Origin: Dehalococcoidia bacterium
Lineage (GTDB): Bacteria; Chloroflexota; Dehalococcoidia; Lucifugimonadales; Lucifugimonadaceae
Assembly: GCA_046583455.1 (NCBI GenBank)
Contig: JAYGCG010000094.1
Span: forward strand, 2,121-66,120
Direction of reading: 5' to 3'
DNA: 64,000 bases
This document shows, piece by piece, positions 36,893-46,574 of this stretch. The stretch's first letter is position 1. Each line of letters opens with the position of its first letter. The notes below the pieces were generated by a model. The model did no database searches and was not told where the DNA came from. It saw only the letters and a list, made by a program, of their open reading frames with translations. The translations under genes and the position numbers were made by a program.

Positions 36893-38233
36893 TTGGCCAC
36901 TATTCGAAGCGCAACAGACCTCAAAGATGTCGTATCGGCCCATATCTCGTCGCACGGACAGCCGGCTATCGATCTTGCGCTAGCCGTACTGGGACACCCC
37001 GAAACCGGGTACAAGGAGTTCAAGACCGCGGCCGCAACTGCCGCCGCCATCAGATCGCTTGGCCTCGAGGTACGGGAGGACATCGCCATCACCGGGATGA
37101 CGGCGACGTTGCAGGGCGGGTCTCCCGGGCCGAATATCGCCATCCTTGCGGAGCTGGACGCTCTCCCGGTGCCCGGACATCCGAACGCCGATCCTGAAAC
37201 TACGGCAGCACACGCCTGCGCCCACCACTGCCAGCTCGGAAACATGCTGGCAGTGGCGATAGGGCTTCAAGCTCCGGGAGTGCTCGAATCGCTCTCCGGC
37301 AGCGTGACCTTGATGGTCGTTCCCGCCGAAGAGTACGTCGAGATCGAGTGGCGCAACGAACAGCGCATGGCGGGTCGAATTGAATTCCTGGGTGGCAAGC
37401 CCGAGTTCGTTCGGCTCGGCGAACTGGACGACGTCGATATTTGCATGATGACCCACGTCACTACGGAAGACCCGCATGACGGCTTTGGCGTTGGAGGGAC
37501 CAACACCGGATTGCTGGCCAAATTTATCAAATTCGTCGGCGTTAAATCGCACGCGGGCGGTGCGCCGCACCTCGGTATTAACGCTCTGAACGCGGCGCAC
37601 CTGGCGATCGCCGGGATTCATGCGCAGCGAGAGACTTATCGGGACGAGGACACGGTACGTATCCACCCCATCATCACGAGGGGTGGCTCGGTGGTGAACG
37701 CCGTTCCGGACGATGTGCGGATGGAGACATTTGTCAGAGGGTCGAGCATTAACGCAATCAGAAACGCCAATGAGAAAGTGGACCGTGCGCTGCGTGCGGG
37801 TGCTCTTGCAGTTGGAGCGACGGTGGAGATCACTACGCTCCCCGGCTATCTACCGCTTGCACCGGACGAAAACCTGACGGAGCTCCACCGCGCCAATGCC
37901 GAGGTGCTGGTCGGTAGCGAACGCGTCCATGAATTCGGGCGCCGAGGCGGCTCAACGGACATGGGCGACCTGACCCAGTTGATGCCGGGCATACATCCGT
38001 ATGTTGGCGGCGCTGTTGGACGGTCGAACCACGCCGAGGACATGGTCGTTGATGACTATAACCTTGCGGTCCTTGATGCCGGCAAAGCCATGGCTATGAC
38101 GGTGGTCGATCTTCTGTCGAACGGAGCGTCCGAAGGCATGCGGGTGATATCGGAGCACAGGCCGGCGATGACGAAGGACGAGTATTTGATCCTCCAGCGG
38201 GCATTCCTGAGCGAACGGTCGTACACGGAATGA
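36893..38233 (+). CDS. M20-family amidohydrolase (AbgB / aminoacylase-like), paralog 1
   Basis: 'GYKEFKTA', 'ELDALPVPGHP', 'AHACAHH', 'STDMGDL'. Collinear with the next gene. Confidence 0.7.
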   Translation: MATIRSATDLKDVVSAHISSHGQPAIDLALAVLGHPETGYKEFKTAAATAAAIRSLGLEVREDIAITGMTATLQGGSPGPNIAILAELDALPVPGHPNADPETTAAHACAHHCQLGNMLAVAIGLQAPGVLESLSGSVTLMVVPAEEYVEIEWRNEQRMAGRIEFLGGKPEFVRLGELDDVDICMMTHVTTEDPHDGFGVGGTNTGLLAKFIKFVGVKSHAGGAPHLGINALNAAHLAIAGIHAQRETYRDEDTVRIHPIITRGGSVVNAVPDDVRMETFVRGSSINAIRNANEKVDRALRAGALAVGATVEITTLPGYLPLAPDENLTELHRANAEVLVGSERVHEFGRRGGSTDMGDLTQLMPGIHPYVGGAVGRSNHAEDMVVDDYNLAVLDAGKAMAMTVVDLLSNGASEGMRVISEHRPAMTKDEYLILQRAFLSERSYTE

Positions 38234-39585
38234 GCACGGTCAGGGAACTGAACAGGATCGAAGTCAAAGCCGCCGTCCGCCGGGTTATTGAAGGCTCTGC
38301 GGACGAAATCATTCGCCTGGCACGCGATATTTACGAACACCCGGAACCTGGATTTACGGAAGAGCGTACGGCGAAGGTTGTCGCCAAGGCGCTGACGAAG
38401 GCCGGAGTGAAACCTGAGACGGGGATCGCCATCACCGGCATGAAGGGCATCAGAACATTTGACGGCGAAGGCCCGACAGTGGCCGTGATTGGCGAACTTG
38501 ATGCCGTGAAAGCGCCGGGCCATCCTGGAGCGGACACGACCACGGGGGCGGCGCACGCTTGCGGGCACCATTCTCAGATCGGCGCGCTTATTGGCACCGC
38601 CATCGGCCTCGGCGTCCCGGAGGTCGCATCCACGCTAACCGGACGGGCCGCTTTCATGGCGACTCCGGCCGAAGAGTTTATCGATGTAGAGATGCGTTGG
38701 GGCTTGCGGGAGGCTGGCCGTCTCGGGCTGCTGTCCGGCAAGCAAGAGATGATCCGGCTGGGCGCATTTGACGATGTCGATATGGCGATGATGATCCATA
38801 CCAGCTCAAGCAAGGTCCAGCGTCGTTTCATAGTCGGCGGGACCAGCAACGCTCATGTGGTCCACTACGTCAGATTCCTGGGCAAGGCGGCCCATGCCGG
38901 CGGCGCCCCTCACCAGGGCGTGAACGCATTACAGGCGGCGATGCTGGCCCTATCCGCCATTAATACGCAGCGAGAAACCTTCGAGGACGATAACCAGACC
39001 CGAGTGCACGGGATCATCACGCGTGGCGGCGTAGCAACGAACGCCGTTCCAGCCGAGGTCGTATACGAAGGACGCGTGCGGGGCCGGACGATGGCGGCGG
39101 TGGACAAGATCGCCGCCCGTATCGAAGACTGCTACCGCGCCGGCGCACTGGCCATGGGAGCAAGCCTGGAGATCGTGTCGATCCCCGGTTATCTGCCGCT
39201 TGAAAATAACAAGGATCTTGCCAGGGTGTTCACCGAGAACGTGATCACCGAGTTCGGGGAGGACGCCCTCATGACGCAGGCGGACACCGTGAACGCCGGT
39301 GGGTCCACGGACATGGGAGACCTGTCACAGATAATGCCCGCCCTGCACCCGTATGTGGCGGCCGCGGATGGTACCGGGCATGGCATCGACTACATAATCA
39401 CCGACTACCGGCGAGCTGTCGTCGACTCGGCGATTTCGATGGCGCTCACCGTTGTCGACCTGCTGTCAGACAACGCCGCCGAAGCCCGCGGGATTATCGA
39501 TTCACACAAGCCATCATTGACCCGGCCGGAATACGTCCAGAGTCAGGCCGCCAGGCTACGAAAAATCGAATACCGAGGCGAGTGA
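38230..39585 (+). CDS. M20-family amidohydrolase (AbgB / aminoacylase-like), paralog 2
   Basis: 'GFTEERTA', 'ELDAVKAPGHP', 'AHACGHH', 'STDMGDL'. 4-nt overlap with paralog 1. Confidence 0.7.
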   Translation: MSTVRELNRIEVKAAVRRVIEGSADEIIRLARDIYEHPEPGFTEERTAKVVAKALTKAGVKPETGIAITGMKGIRTFDGEGPTVAVIGELDAVKAPGHPGADTTTGAAHACGHHSQIGALIGTAIGLGVPEVASTLTGRAAFMATPAEEFIDVEMRWGLREAGRLGLLSGKQEMIRLGAFDDVDMAMMIHTSSSKVQRRFIVGGTSNAHVVHYVRFLGKAAHAGGAPHQGVNALQAAMLALSAINTQRETFEDDNQTRVHGIITRGGVATNAVPAEVVYEGRVRGRTMAAVDKIAARIEDCYRAGALAMGASLEIVSIPGYLPLENNKDLARVFTENVITEFGEDALMTQADTVNAGGSTDMGDLSQIMPALHPYVAAADGTGHGIDYIITDYRRAVVDSAISMALTVVDLLSDNAAEARGIIDSHKPSLTRPEYVQSQAARLRKIEYRGE

Positions 39586-39657
39586 GTCCCAGCGGGACTC
39601 TAGCTGTCTGCGGGCTGAAACAACCCATGCGGGGATAAATAACCACCCCATCGGGGT

Positions 39658-40272
39658 CTACCAGCGGTCGAAGTGCATGACTTCGTCTACCGGGGCTCGA
39701 CGGGTCGGTCCGTAGCCGTGCCCCTCTTCTGGGAATCCGAACGGCAGAAGGGCGACCGTCTGGACGTTCTCCGGCAAATCGAGAATTTCTCGCACCTCTG
39801 CCTCGAATCTGGTGTGAAACGTCGTCAGGACGCTTGCAAGACCGAGGCCGCGGGCGGCAAGGAGCATGTTCTGCACTGCCGGGAAGACTGAGGCTCCACG
39901 GCCCATCGTCTCCGGAGAGCCATTGTGGCGCACACAGATGATGATCCAGAGTGGCGCTTCCGCTATGTGGCTGGCGAGGTGCTCGGCAGAGCTGTATGAG
40001 CGAGCGCCGAGACGGCCGGGGTCCTTCGACAGGCCATAACTCTCGTCCCATGCACGCTTATAGTAAACGGCGATCTGATCCTTGACGTCCTGGTCCTGGA
40101 TGATGACAAATTCCCAGGGCTGGTTGTTCCCGCCACTGGGCGCTTTTGAGGCCGCCAGGAGGATGCGGTCAAGCATCTCAGACGGGACGGGGTCCGGCTT
40201 GATGTAGCGAAGCGCTCGCTGGGTGTCGATAGCCTCAAACAGACCGATCTCGTTCGGCATTTTGGACTCCAT
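39658..40272 (-). CDS. Nitroreductase family protein
   Basis: 'RALRYIKPDPVP...LLAASKAPSGGNNQPW' nitroreductase N-terminal motif. Confidence 0.8.
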   Translation of the reverse strand: MESKMPNEIGLFEAIDTQRALRYIKPDPVPSEMLDRILLAASKAPSGGNNQPWEFVIIQDQDVKDQIAVYYKRAWDESYGLSKDPGRLGARSYSSAEHLASHIAEAPLWIIICVRHNGSPETMGRGASVFPAVQNMLLAARGLGLASVLTTFHTRFEAEVREILDLPENVQTVALLPFGFPEEGHGYGPTRRAPVDEVMHFDRW

Positions 40273-40342
40273 TAATGCTCAGATTTACCTGGGTCCGGTT
40301 GGGCCACAGGGAATTTTTGATTATGTCGAGACTATAAGCGTT

Positions 40343-40993
40343 CTAGAGGTTGAAATTCCTTGGAGATTCACGTTCGGACTCGGCATCGATGACGTTGATA
40401 ACTTCCCGTACCGCCTCGTCAAGCCGGTCGTCGTGATTGACGATGCTGACGTCGAACCAGTCCGCATCATTCATCTCGTCAATGGCTTTTGAGCGACGTT
40501 CAGTAATCGCTTCAAGGGCGTCAACGCCGCGGTCCTCCAGTCGTGCTTGGAGGCTCTGTAAGTCCGGAGGCATGATGAATATCAAGAGCGCGTCTTTGAC
40601 CAGCTGGCGGATGCGTTCAGCGCCCTGAACATCGACCCGGATCATCACGTGCCTGCCGGCCGCCAGCGCTTCTCTCACCTGCTGCTTAGGCACCCCGTAC
40701 ATGTTGCCGTAGACCTCGGCGTGTTCCAGGAGTTCGTTGGAATCGATCAGCTCCTGGAAGCGCTCGCGATCAACGAAATAGTGATTGACGCCGTCCAACT
40801 CACCGGGGCGCGGCTTGCGGGTAGTCGCGGTAATGACGAAGTGGTACGGATATTTCAGTTCCGCCATCCGTTCCAGGATGGCGTCCTTGCCGACGCCAGA
40901 CGGACCCGACAGGACGACGATCATGGGTCGTCGTGTTCCCTGTATTTTTTCAGGAAAACCTGAAGTGTCTGAAGTTTCAGGGGAATCCGTCAC
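40343..40993 (-). CDS. gmk: Guanylate kinase
   Basis: 'VLSGPSGVGKD' P-loop, 'TTRKPRPGE..G..Y.F'. Confidence 0.9.
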   Translation of the reverse strand: MTDSPETSDTSGFPEKIQGTRRPMIVVLSGPSGVGKDAILERMAELKYPYHFVITATTRKPRPGELDGVNHYFVDRERFQELIDSNELLEHAEVYGNMYGVPKQQVREALAAGRHVMIRVDVQGAERIRQLVKDALLIFIMPPDLQSLQARLEDRGVDALEAITERRSKAIDEMNDADWFDVSIVNHDDRLDEAVREVINVIDAESERESPRNFNL

Positions 40994-42297
40994 GCAACGA
41001 CCCCGGACAGTGTGTCCAGATCGCGCCAGAAAGTCGGGTATGAAATATCGACCGATTCGGATCTTTCGATCCCGATCGTCCCCTCGCTCACGAGTCCGGC
41101 GATAGCGAGCGACATTGCAATACGATGATCGTCAAAACTGTCAGCCACCGCACTCTGGATGCGACCGCCGCCGTGGATCGTAAGACCCTCTTCCGCCTCC
41201 TCGTGCTCCACACCGGCCGACTTGAGCCATGCTACGGTCGCCGATATGCGGTCCGACTCCTTGACCCTCAGCTCCGCTGCGTCGGTGATCCGGGTTGTGC
41301 CCTCTGCCATCGCTGCGGCGACCGCGATAACGGGGATCTCGTCGATCATTAACGGAACGACATCTCCGTCGATATCGACGCCCTTCAACTGCGAAGAGCG
41401 TACTCGGAGATCGGCCACCGGCTCACCTGCGACATCCCGCTGATTAATCAGCTCGATATCTACGCCCATAGCGCGAAGCACTCCAAAGATGCCGGTCCTC
41501 GTCGGGTTGACTCCGACATTGGACAGCGTGATATCGGCGTCAGGGTGGGCGGCTGCGGCGACGATCCAGAAAGCGGCCGACGACACATCTCCGGGCACCT
41601 CAACGTCCGCCGCCGTGAGTTCTGACGCGGATGTGGTGACGCTCAGCCCGTTTACCTCGATGTTTGCGCCCATCCCTTCGAGCATCCTCTCGGTGTGGTC
41701 ACGGGACACGTCCGGCTGCTTGATGACGGTGTTTCCGGTCGCCCTCAAGCCGGCCAGCAGTAGACATGATTTAAGTTGAGCGCTGGCTACCGGCATGTCG
41801 TACTCGATGCCGTGGAGATCCCCGCCATGAAACACGATCGGGGCGAGTTCACCGTCATTACGCGCTGAGATCTCGGCGCCCATGCTTCGCAACGGCTTGA
41901 TGACCCGCCCCATCGGCCTTGACCGTATCGAATCGTCGCCCGTGATGATTGTCATAATGGGGCGTCCGGCAAGCAGGCCCGACATAAGGCGTGTCGTCGT
42001 GCCGCTGTTACCGGCGTCCAGGATTTCATTTGGCTCGATCAGCCCATGCATACCGACGCCGGTGATATGGACCGTATCGCCGCGACCCGCCGCTCCTGGT
42101 GAACGTTCAATTTCGACACCCATCGCGCGAAAAATGCTGATGGTGGACGTGCAGTCAGCGCCACCGGATAAATTGGTGACGGTCGCAGATCCGTTTGCGA
42201 GGGCGTTAAACATCACCGCGCGGTGGGAGATAGATTTATCGCCGGGTATCTCGATAGTGCCGCGAAGGCGTTGTGGCCTGGAAACCTCTCGTGTCAT
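40990..42297 (-). CDS. aroA: 3-phosphoshikimate 1-carboxyvinyltransferase (EPSP synthase)
   Basis: 'PGDKSISHRA', 'LDAGNSGTTTRL', 'RVKESDR', 'DDHRIAMS'. Confidence 0.92.
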   Translation of the reverse strand: MTREVSRPQRLRGTIEIPGDKSISHRAVMFNALANGSATVTNLSGGADCTSTISIFRAMGVEIERSPGAAGRGDTVHITGVGMHGLIEPNEILDAGNSGTTTRLMSGLLAGRPIMTIITGDDSIRSRPMGRVIKPLRSMGAEISARNDGELAPIVFHGGDLHGIEYDMPVASAQLKSCLLLAGLRATGNTVIKQPDVSRDHTERMLEGMGANIEVNGLSVTTSASELTAADVEVPGDVSSAAFWIVAAAAHPDADITLSNVGVNPTRTGIFGVLRAMGVDIELINQRDVAGEPVADLRVRSSQLKGVDIDGDVVPLMIDEIPVIAVAAAMAEGTTRITDAAELRVKESDRISATVAWLKSAGVEHEEAEEGLTIHGGGRIQSAVADSFDDHRIAMSLAIAGLVSEGTIGIERSESVDISYPTFWRDLDTLSGVVA

Positions 42298-42353
42298 GGT
42301 TCCAGATTAACCCTACAGCGCCGATTAATTCAGGCGGCGCAGGGCCAGTTCTG

Positions 42354-43361
42354 TCAGTTCTTGCCGTTGGTTTCGTCTTTTTTGTCGCCCCGTTTGCCGC
42401 GGAGCCGTCCCATTATTCCGCCGCCCAGGAACATCATGCCAAGGGATTCGGTCATTGTCGCTCCATCGTCCCCGGGCATTTCGGTATCGGGGCTGACGCC
42501 AGCTGCCCAACGGAGACGATGCTCGTAGGCCTGCGTTAAAAGAGGCTTCAGGGCTCCGCCGTTCTCTTCATCGCTCACGGAGGCGAGAGCGTTGCGCAGG
42601 CCTTTCAGTTCTTCCAGGTAAATGTCGAGCCAGTGCAGCATCATCTCGGGGTTGGTTTTGCAAATTCCGTGTGTGGTTTCCGGATCCATCCCGGCGAGCC
42701 TTGAGAGATCAGAGAACTCGGCGGATGCAAACTTACTGATCTCTCCCCACGCCGGGCTTTTGGCCGCAGTTAACACCAGGGCGGACGACATCAGCAGGGG
42801 GCCGTTCGAGACCGCCGCGATGTAACTGTCGTGTTCCGAAACGTCCACAAATCTGGGTTTCGCGCCGAGAAGCTCAACAAACTCGACCACCGTTTGTACG
42901 CACTTTTCGGGCGCACGAACGGCCGGCATCAGCGGGTAAGAGGCATCCACAAACATGTCGGGGCGCGCTGCGTCCTGTCCGGCCAGGCCACCACCGGCCA
43001 GCGGGTGGCCGCCGACGAACCCGATGGAATCCGGCATCTTCTCATCTGCCCATTCCATTACGCGTGATTTCGTACTGGCGGTGTCTGTGACGGCGGTGCC
43101 GGGTTTTAGCCAGCCAACCATGTTGTCCATAAGTACCGGGATTTCCATGACCGGGACCGCCAGCACTACCAGGTCCGCATCTCCGACAGCCTTATCCAGA
43201 CGCCACTCGTCGTCGTCGATAGCGCCGATCTTCTTGGCGCGGTTTTGTACGGCGGAATTATGGTCAAACCCGACGACCTTTACGTTTTTGCGGGCGGAAC
43301 GAATGGCCATGCCCATCGAACTGCCGATCAGGCCTAGTCCGATGATGGTTACCTGCGTCAT
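42354..43361 (-). CDS. tyrA: Prephenate dehydrogenase
   Basis: 'VTIIGLGLIGSSMGMAI' Rossmann motif, 'GGHPLAG' catalytic motif. Carries a Lys/Gly-rich C-terminal tail. Confidence 0.85.
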   Translation of the reverse strand: MTQVTIIGLGLIGSSMGMAIRSARKNVKVVGFDHNSAVQNRAKKIGAIDDDEWRLDKAVGDADLVVLAVPVMEIPVLMDNMVGWLKPGTAVTDTASTKSRVMEWADEKMPDSIGFVGGHPLAGGGLAGQDAARPDMFVDASYPLMPAVRAPEKCVQTVVEFVELLGAKPRFVDVSEHDSYIAAVSNGPLLMSSALVLTAAKSPAWGEISKFASAEFSDLSRLAGMDPETTHGICKTNPEMMLHWLDIYLEELKGLRNALASVSDEENGGALKPLLTQAYEHRLRWAAGVSPDTEMPGDDGATMTESLGMMFLGGGIMGRLRGKRGDKKDETNGKN

Positions 43362-43677
43362 GTGAATGTCCTCTGGGCTCTCCGGAAGGCAGCCATGAAA
43401 TCCTCAAGAATCTAGTGGAGGATCAGGCGTGAAGTAGTCCCTATGTCCGGCGAAATGTGTGGCGGATGATCCGGCCGTGGGATTTCGTCCGCAGCGACAG
43501 ATTTATCCGATACCGGGATCTGGGGTCAGAAATAGCTTTGAAATCACACGAAGAATATCACAGCAGGGGCGTATTTCCTGATCCCGGCTGTCCGTGACGG
43601 TGATCTCTGTTTCAGGATACGAAGCCGGACTGAAGTCGGGTTGCCGTCTTGCGAGCTTACAGGCTTGAAAATCTGGA

Positions 43678-44478
43678 TCAGGCTCTCGTCGATCGATCGT
43701 CGTCATCGTCATCGTCATGATCGTGATCGTGTTGATGATCACTCGGAGGGACGCCGGTCTGCGGCATGGTTGCATCGGAATGATCTCCGGTACCGCCACG
43801 AACCTTGCGTGGGGGCAGTCCATCGATGCACTCGCGGTACTTCTTGAGGTCGCCCTTCGAGGTGGAGGTGAGATCGATCAACAGCGCATCGACCGGCAGG
43901 TTTCGTACGATCTCAAGATCCTGTGCAGACGGCGGCTTCTCGACCTTAAGGACGAAGTGGCTTCCGACAAGTCCGACGGTGCTTTCCAACTCGATCAAGC
44001 TCGAAAGCTTGAGCGGCCACAACGCTTGTGGAGGAGTCAGGAATAGGAAATCCACGGGTAGAAACTCAAGCGCCCGCGCTACGCTCTCGGTGAGGGCGGT
44101 GTCTACCTCGTAACCACGCGCCATATCGTCATCGCGCAGGATCGCGGCGGAGTGATCATCGGAGGATGGGACGACGAAGTCACATCCCTTTTTCTTGAGT
44201 CGGTCAAGTCCATCGAAGTCGATGTCGCCGATCGACACGCCCCAGATCTGGCCATTGAGGTCTTTCACGGGGGTCGCGTCGCCCGCCAGCGCGTCTGCCC
44301 CGGTAAGAATGATGGCGTCCACGCCTTCCGCGTCGGCGTACTTGCCGGCGTCTTTGGCCGGCGCTGAACCCAGCAATAGCATCGTCGCGGCCGTCGCGGC
44401 CCGAGGCCGCGTCGCGAACCCTATAGGGACGGACGTGGCGCGACCGAGGGCATCAAATCGGTCGGTCAGTTTAGACAC
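43678..44478 (-). CDS. Hypothetical protein with His/Asp-rich C-terminal tail
   Basis: ORF is open to 44523, but GTG 44478 overlaps the PAC2 stop (GTGTCTAA), suggesting translational coupling. The tail 'DHQHDHDHDDDDDDD' is encoded by a GAT/CAT/GAC triplet run at 43690-43740. Confidence 0.5.
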   Translation of the reverse strand: MSKLTDRFDALGRATSVPIGFATRPRAATAATMLLLGSAPAKDAGKYADAEGVDAIILTGADALAGDATPVKDLNGQIWGVSIGDIDFDGLDRLKKKGCDFVVPSSDDHSAAILRDDDMARGYEVDTALTESVARALEFLPVDFLFLTPPQALWPLKLSSLIELESTVGLVGSHFVLKVEKPPSAQDLEIVRNLPVDALLIDLTSTSKGDLKKYRECIDGLPPRKVRGGTGDHSDATMPQTGVPPSDHQHDHDHDDDDDDDRSTRA

Positions 44479-45478
44479 TCGGCGGGTTCCCTTCGTCCTG
44501 GTTTGGACCTCCGGACTCGGCATCCGGGGTGTCGTCTTCTGAATTATCGTCCCCTGACCCGGCTTCCCGGCGCAAGAACGCTTCCAATTCCGCTATCAAC
44601 GGGGCTGCGTCAGAGCCTTCCGTAATCGTATCGGAAGCGGAGTGTTCTTTGTCCCAGCGTTCTTCGAGTTCGGTTACGTACTTCGTGACCTCGTCTTGAT
44701 CAGATAACGCCTTGGTCAAACGGCGTGTGAAGTCCCCACCGCGGCGCTCCAGCCTTTCGGTATCGATCTCGATAGGGATGATCTCGGTGACCGCTTCTAG
44801 CAGGGCTCTCGTGACGTTTGGGTTCGGCTTGGCCTGCACGTAATGCGGGGAGTGGCCCCAGTAGCTGGCGCACGGGATACCGGCCGCCGTCATACGGTCA
44901 AGGACGATGGACATAATTCCGGTCGGACCCTGATAGCTGGACTGATCGAATTCGAGGTGTTCATATCCGGGGCCAAGGCTCTTCGTCTGCGAAGAACGTG
45001 TGACTTTCACGGGGCGCGTGTGAGGAACGGCATCCAACAGGGCGCCAAGCGTGACGACAAGCTCGACATTGCAGGCCTCTGCGACTTCGTAGATCATGGC
45101 CGAGTATGACCGCCACTTGAAGTGCGGCTCCACCCCGCGGAACAACACGAGATCGGGCCCGTCGCCGTCTGTGTTGCGCCATGCATAGAACTGATTCTCC
45201 GGCCAGGAAAGAATCCGCTCCCCGTTGGCGCCGTTCCTCACCTTCGGTCGTTGTTCGACGAAGTTGTAGAACTCTTCGGGATCGATCGAGGCAAATTTTT
45301 TGGCCGAGATCTGATCGGCCAGAAATCTAATCGCCCGTGTCGCAGCCTCGGACGCGTCAGGCCAACCGGCGAATGCGGTCAACATGATCGTCCGCCGCAG
45401 TTCCGGGCGTTCTGTGAATTCGAGGCTGTCCATATCGGCGCGCCTCACTCCTGGTTTGACACTCGTCCGGTGGGGCAC
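44471..45478 (-). CDS. PAC2 (proteasome assembly chaperone 2-like) family protein
   Basis: 'LTAFAGWPDASEAATRAIRFL' resembles the 'GW.DAG.AA' N-terminal motif of bacterial PAC2 proteins (from memory). Confidence 0.55.
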   Translation of the reverse strand: MPHRTSVKPGVRRADMDSLEFTERPELRRTIMLTAFAGWPDASEAATRAIRFLADQISAKKFASIDPEEFYNFVEQRPKVRNGANGERILSWPENQFYAWRNTDGDGPDLVLFRGVEPHFKWRSYSAMIYEVAEACNVELVVTLGALLDAVPHTRPVKVTRSSQTKSLGPGYEHLEFDQSSYQGPTGIMSIVLDRMTAAGIPCASYWGHSPHYVQAKPNPNVTRALLEAVTEIIPIEIDTERLERRGGDFTRRLTKALSDQDEVTKYVTELEERWDKEHSASDTITEGSDAAPLIAELEAFLRREAGSGDDNSEDDTPDAESGGPNQDEGNPPSV

Positions 45479-45588
45479 CGGGTCGGATTTGACTCAGTCG
45501 TCTAGGAGGCGAGTGTAGCATCGCGTTGGAAGAATTGACGCGGCTGGCGAAGGCAATACTAATTTCCGGCCGATTCAGGCTGTCAGAC

Positions 45589-46431
45589 TCAATACCGGGA
45601 TCTGGCGCTTCGTGTCAGGTACCTGACCAAGCCTGAGTCATATGGCAGGGTATCGGTGTCGTACTCCGGAAAAGTTGGCGGGATCGTGGCTGCAAGGGGC
45701 GTGCCGTAGGCCATTTCGTCCACCATCATGTCGGTCAGCCGTGGGAGAGATGCCACGTCCTCTGCGTTGTAACGGATTAACGTTGTCAGCGCTTCCGGTT
45801 CACCGTCGTTCGCCATCTTCCATAGCCGCACCGCGTCGTAACCGCTCAACCCGGACAGCGCGCTCGGCCGGCCAAGATCCGTCGCCTGCTCGATCTTCTT
45901 GAGTCCGCCCTTGAACCCGAGTCTTCTTAGCGGGTATCGGAGGTCGAGATGTGCAGAATGGGCGAACAGCGAGTCCTGACCATCGATGGCGACCCGCCCG
46001 AACTCTTTATCAAGAAACGGCATGTCGAACGATGCGCCGTTGTAGCTGACGAACAGTGAGTACTTCTCAAGGGCCTCCGGTAGCTCGTCGAGGGTTTCCC
46101 CCCGGACGAACGCCGTAAACCCGGTGTAGTCGATGATGCCGACCATCGTCACATACGAGTTGTCGGGCGACAGTCCGGTCGTCTCTATGTCCAGGAACGC
46201 CGTGGTTTGTTGGAAGTCGGCATATAGCCGCCAGCACTCTCGCGACCCGAGTATGTCCTGAAAGTAACGGGCGTTTCTGGCATCGAGGCGTTGCTCAGCT
46301 TGTTGGAGAACCTCCGAATGTTGCGGTTGGGCCGATGAGAGCTGATCCCAGGTTGTGACGCCTTCGCTCCACAGATCGGACTCCCTTTCGGGTCCGATAC
46401 CGTCAATTAGTTGGAAGGTGCTGCGCAGCAA
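45589..46431 (-). CDS. RNase H-like / YprB-type 3'-5' exonuclease domain protein
   Basis: 'FLDIETTGL' ExoI motif, 'SYNGASFDMPFL' ExoII-like motif. Confidence 0.65.
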   Translation of the reverse strand: MLRSTFQLIDGIGPERESDLWSEGVTTWDQLSSAQPQHSEVLQQAEQRLDARNARYFQDILGSRECWRLYADFQQTTAFLDIETTGLSPDNSYVTMVGIIDYTGFTAFVRGETLDELPEALEKYSLFVSYNGASFDMPFLDKEFGRVAIDGQDSLFAHSAHLDLRYPLRRLGFKGGLKKIEQATDLGRPSALSGLSGYDAVRLWKMANDGEPEALTTLIRYNAEDVASLPRLTDMMVDEMAYGTPLAATIPPTFPEYDTDTLPYDSGLVRYLTRSARSRY

Positions 46432-46574
46432 ACGATTTCACCGGAAGGTGGCGGGGGCAACGGGGGCATTGCCCCGAATATTTACAGATTGTTATGACAA
46501 CTTATCGTTGTTGGCAACATACATCGGTCAAATTGTCACTGAATGTGGAGAAGTAGTCCCACCCGCAGGCGTCC

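Noticed and set aside
43690-43740. GAT/CAT/GAC triplet run as a tandem-repeat locus or non-coding satellite
   Set aside because: It lies in frame at the 3' end of a CDS and encodes the His/Asp tail. It is only about 50 nt long and imperfect.
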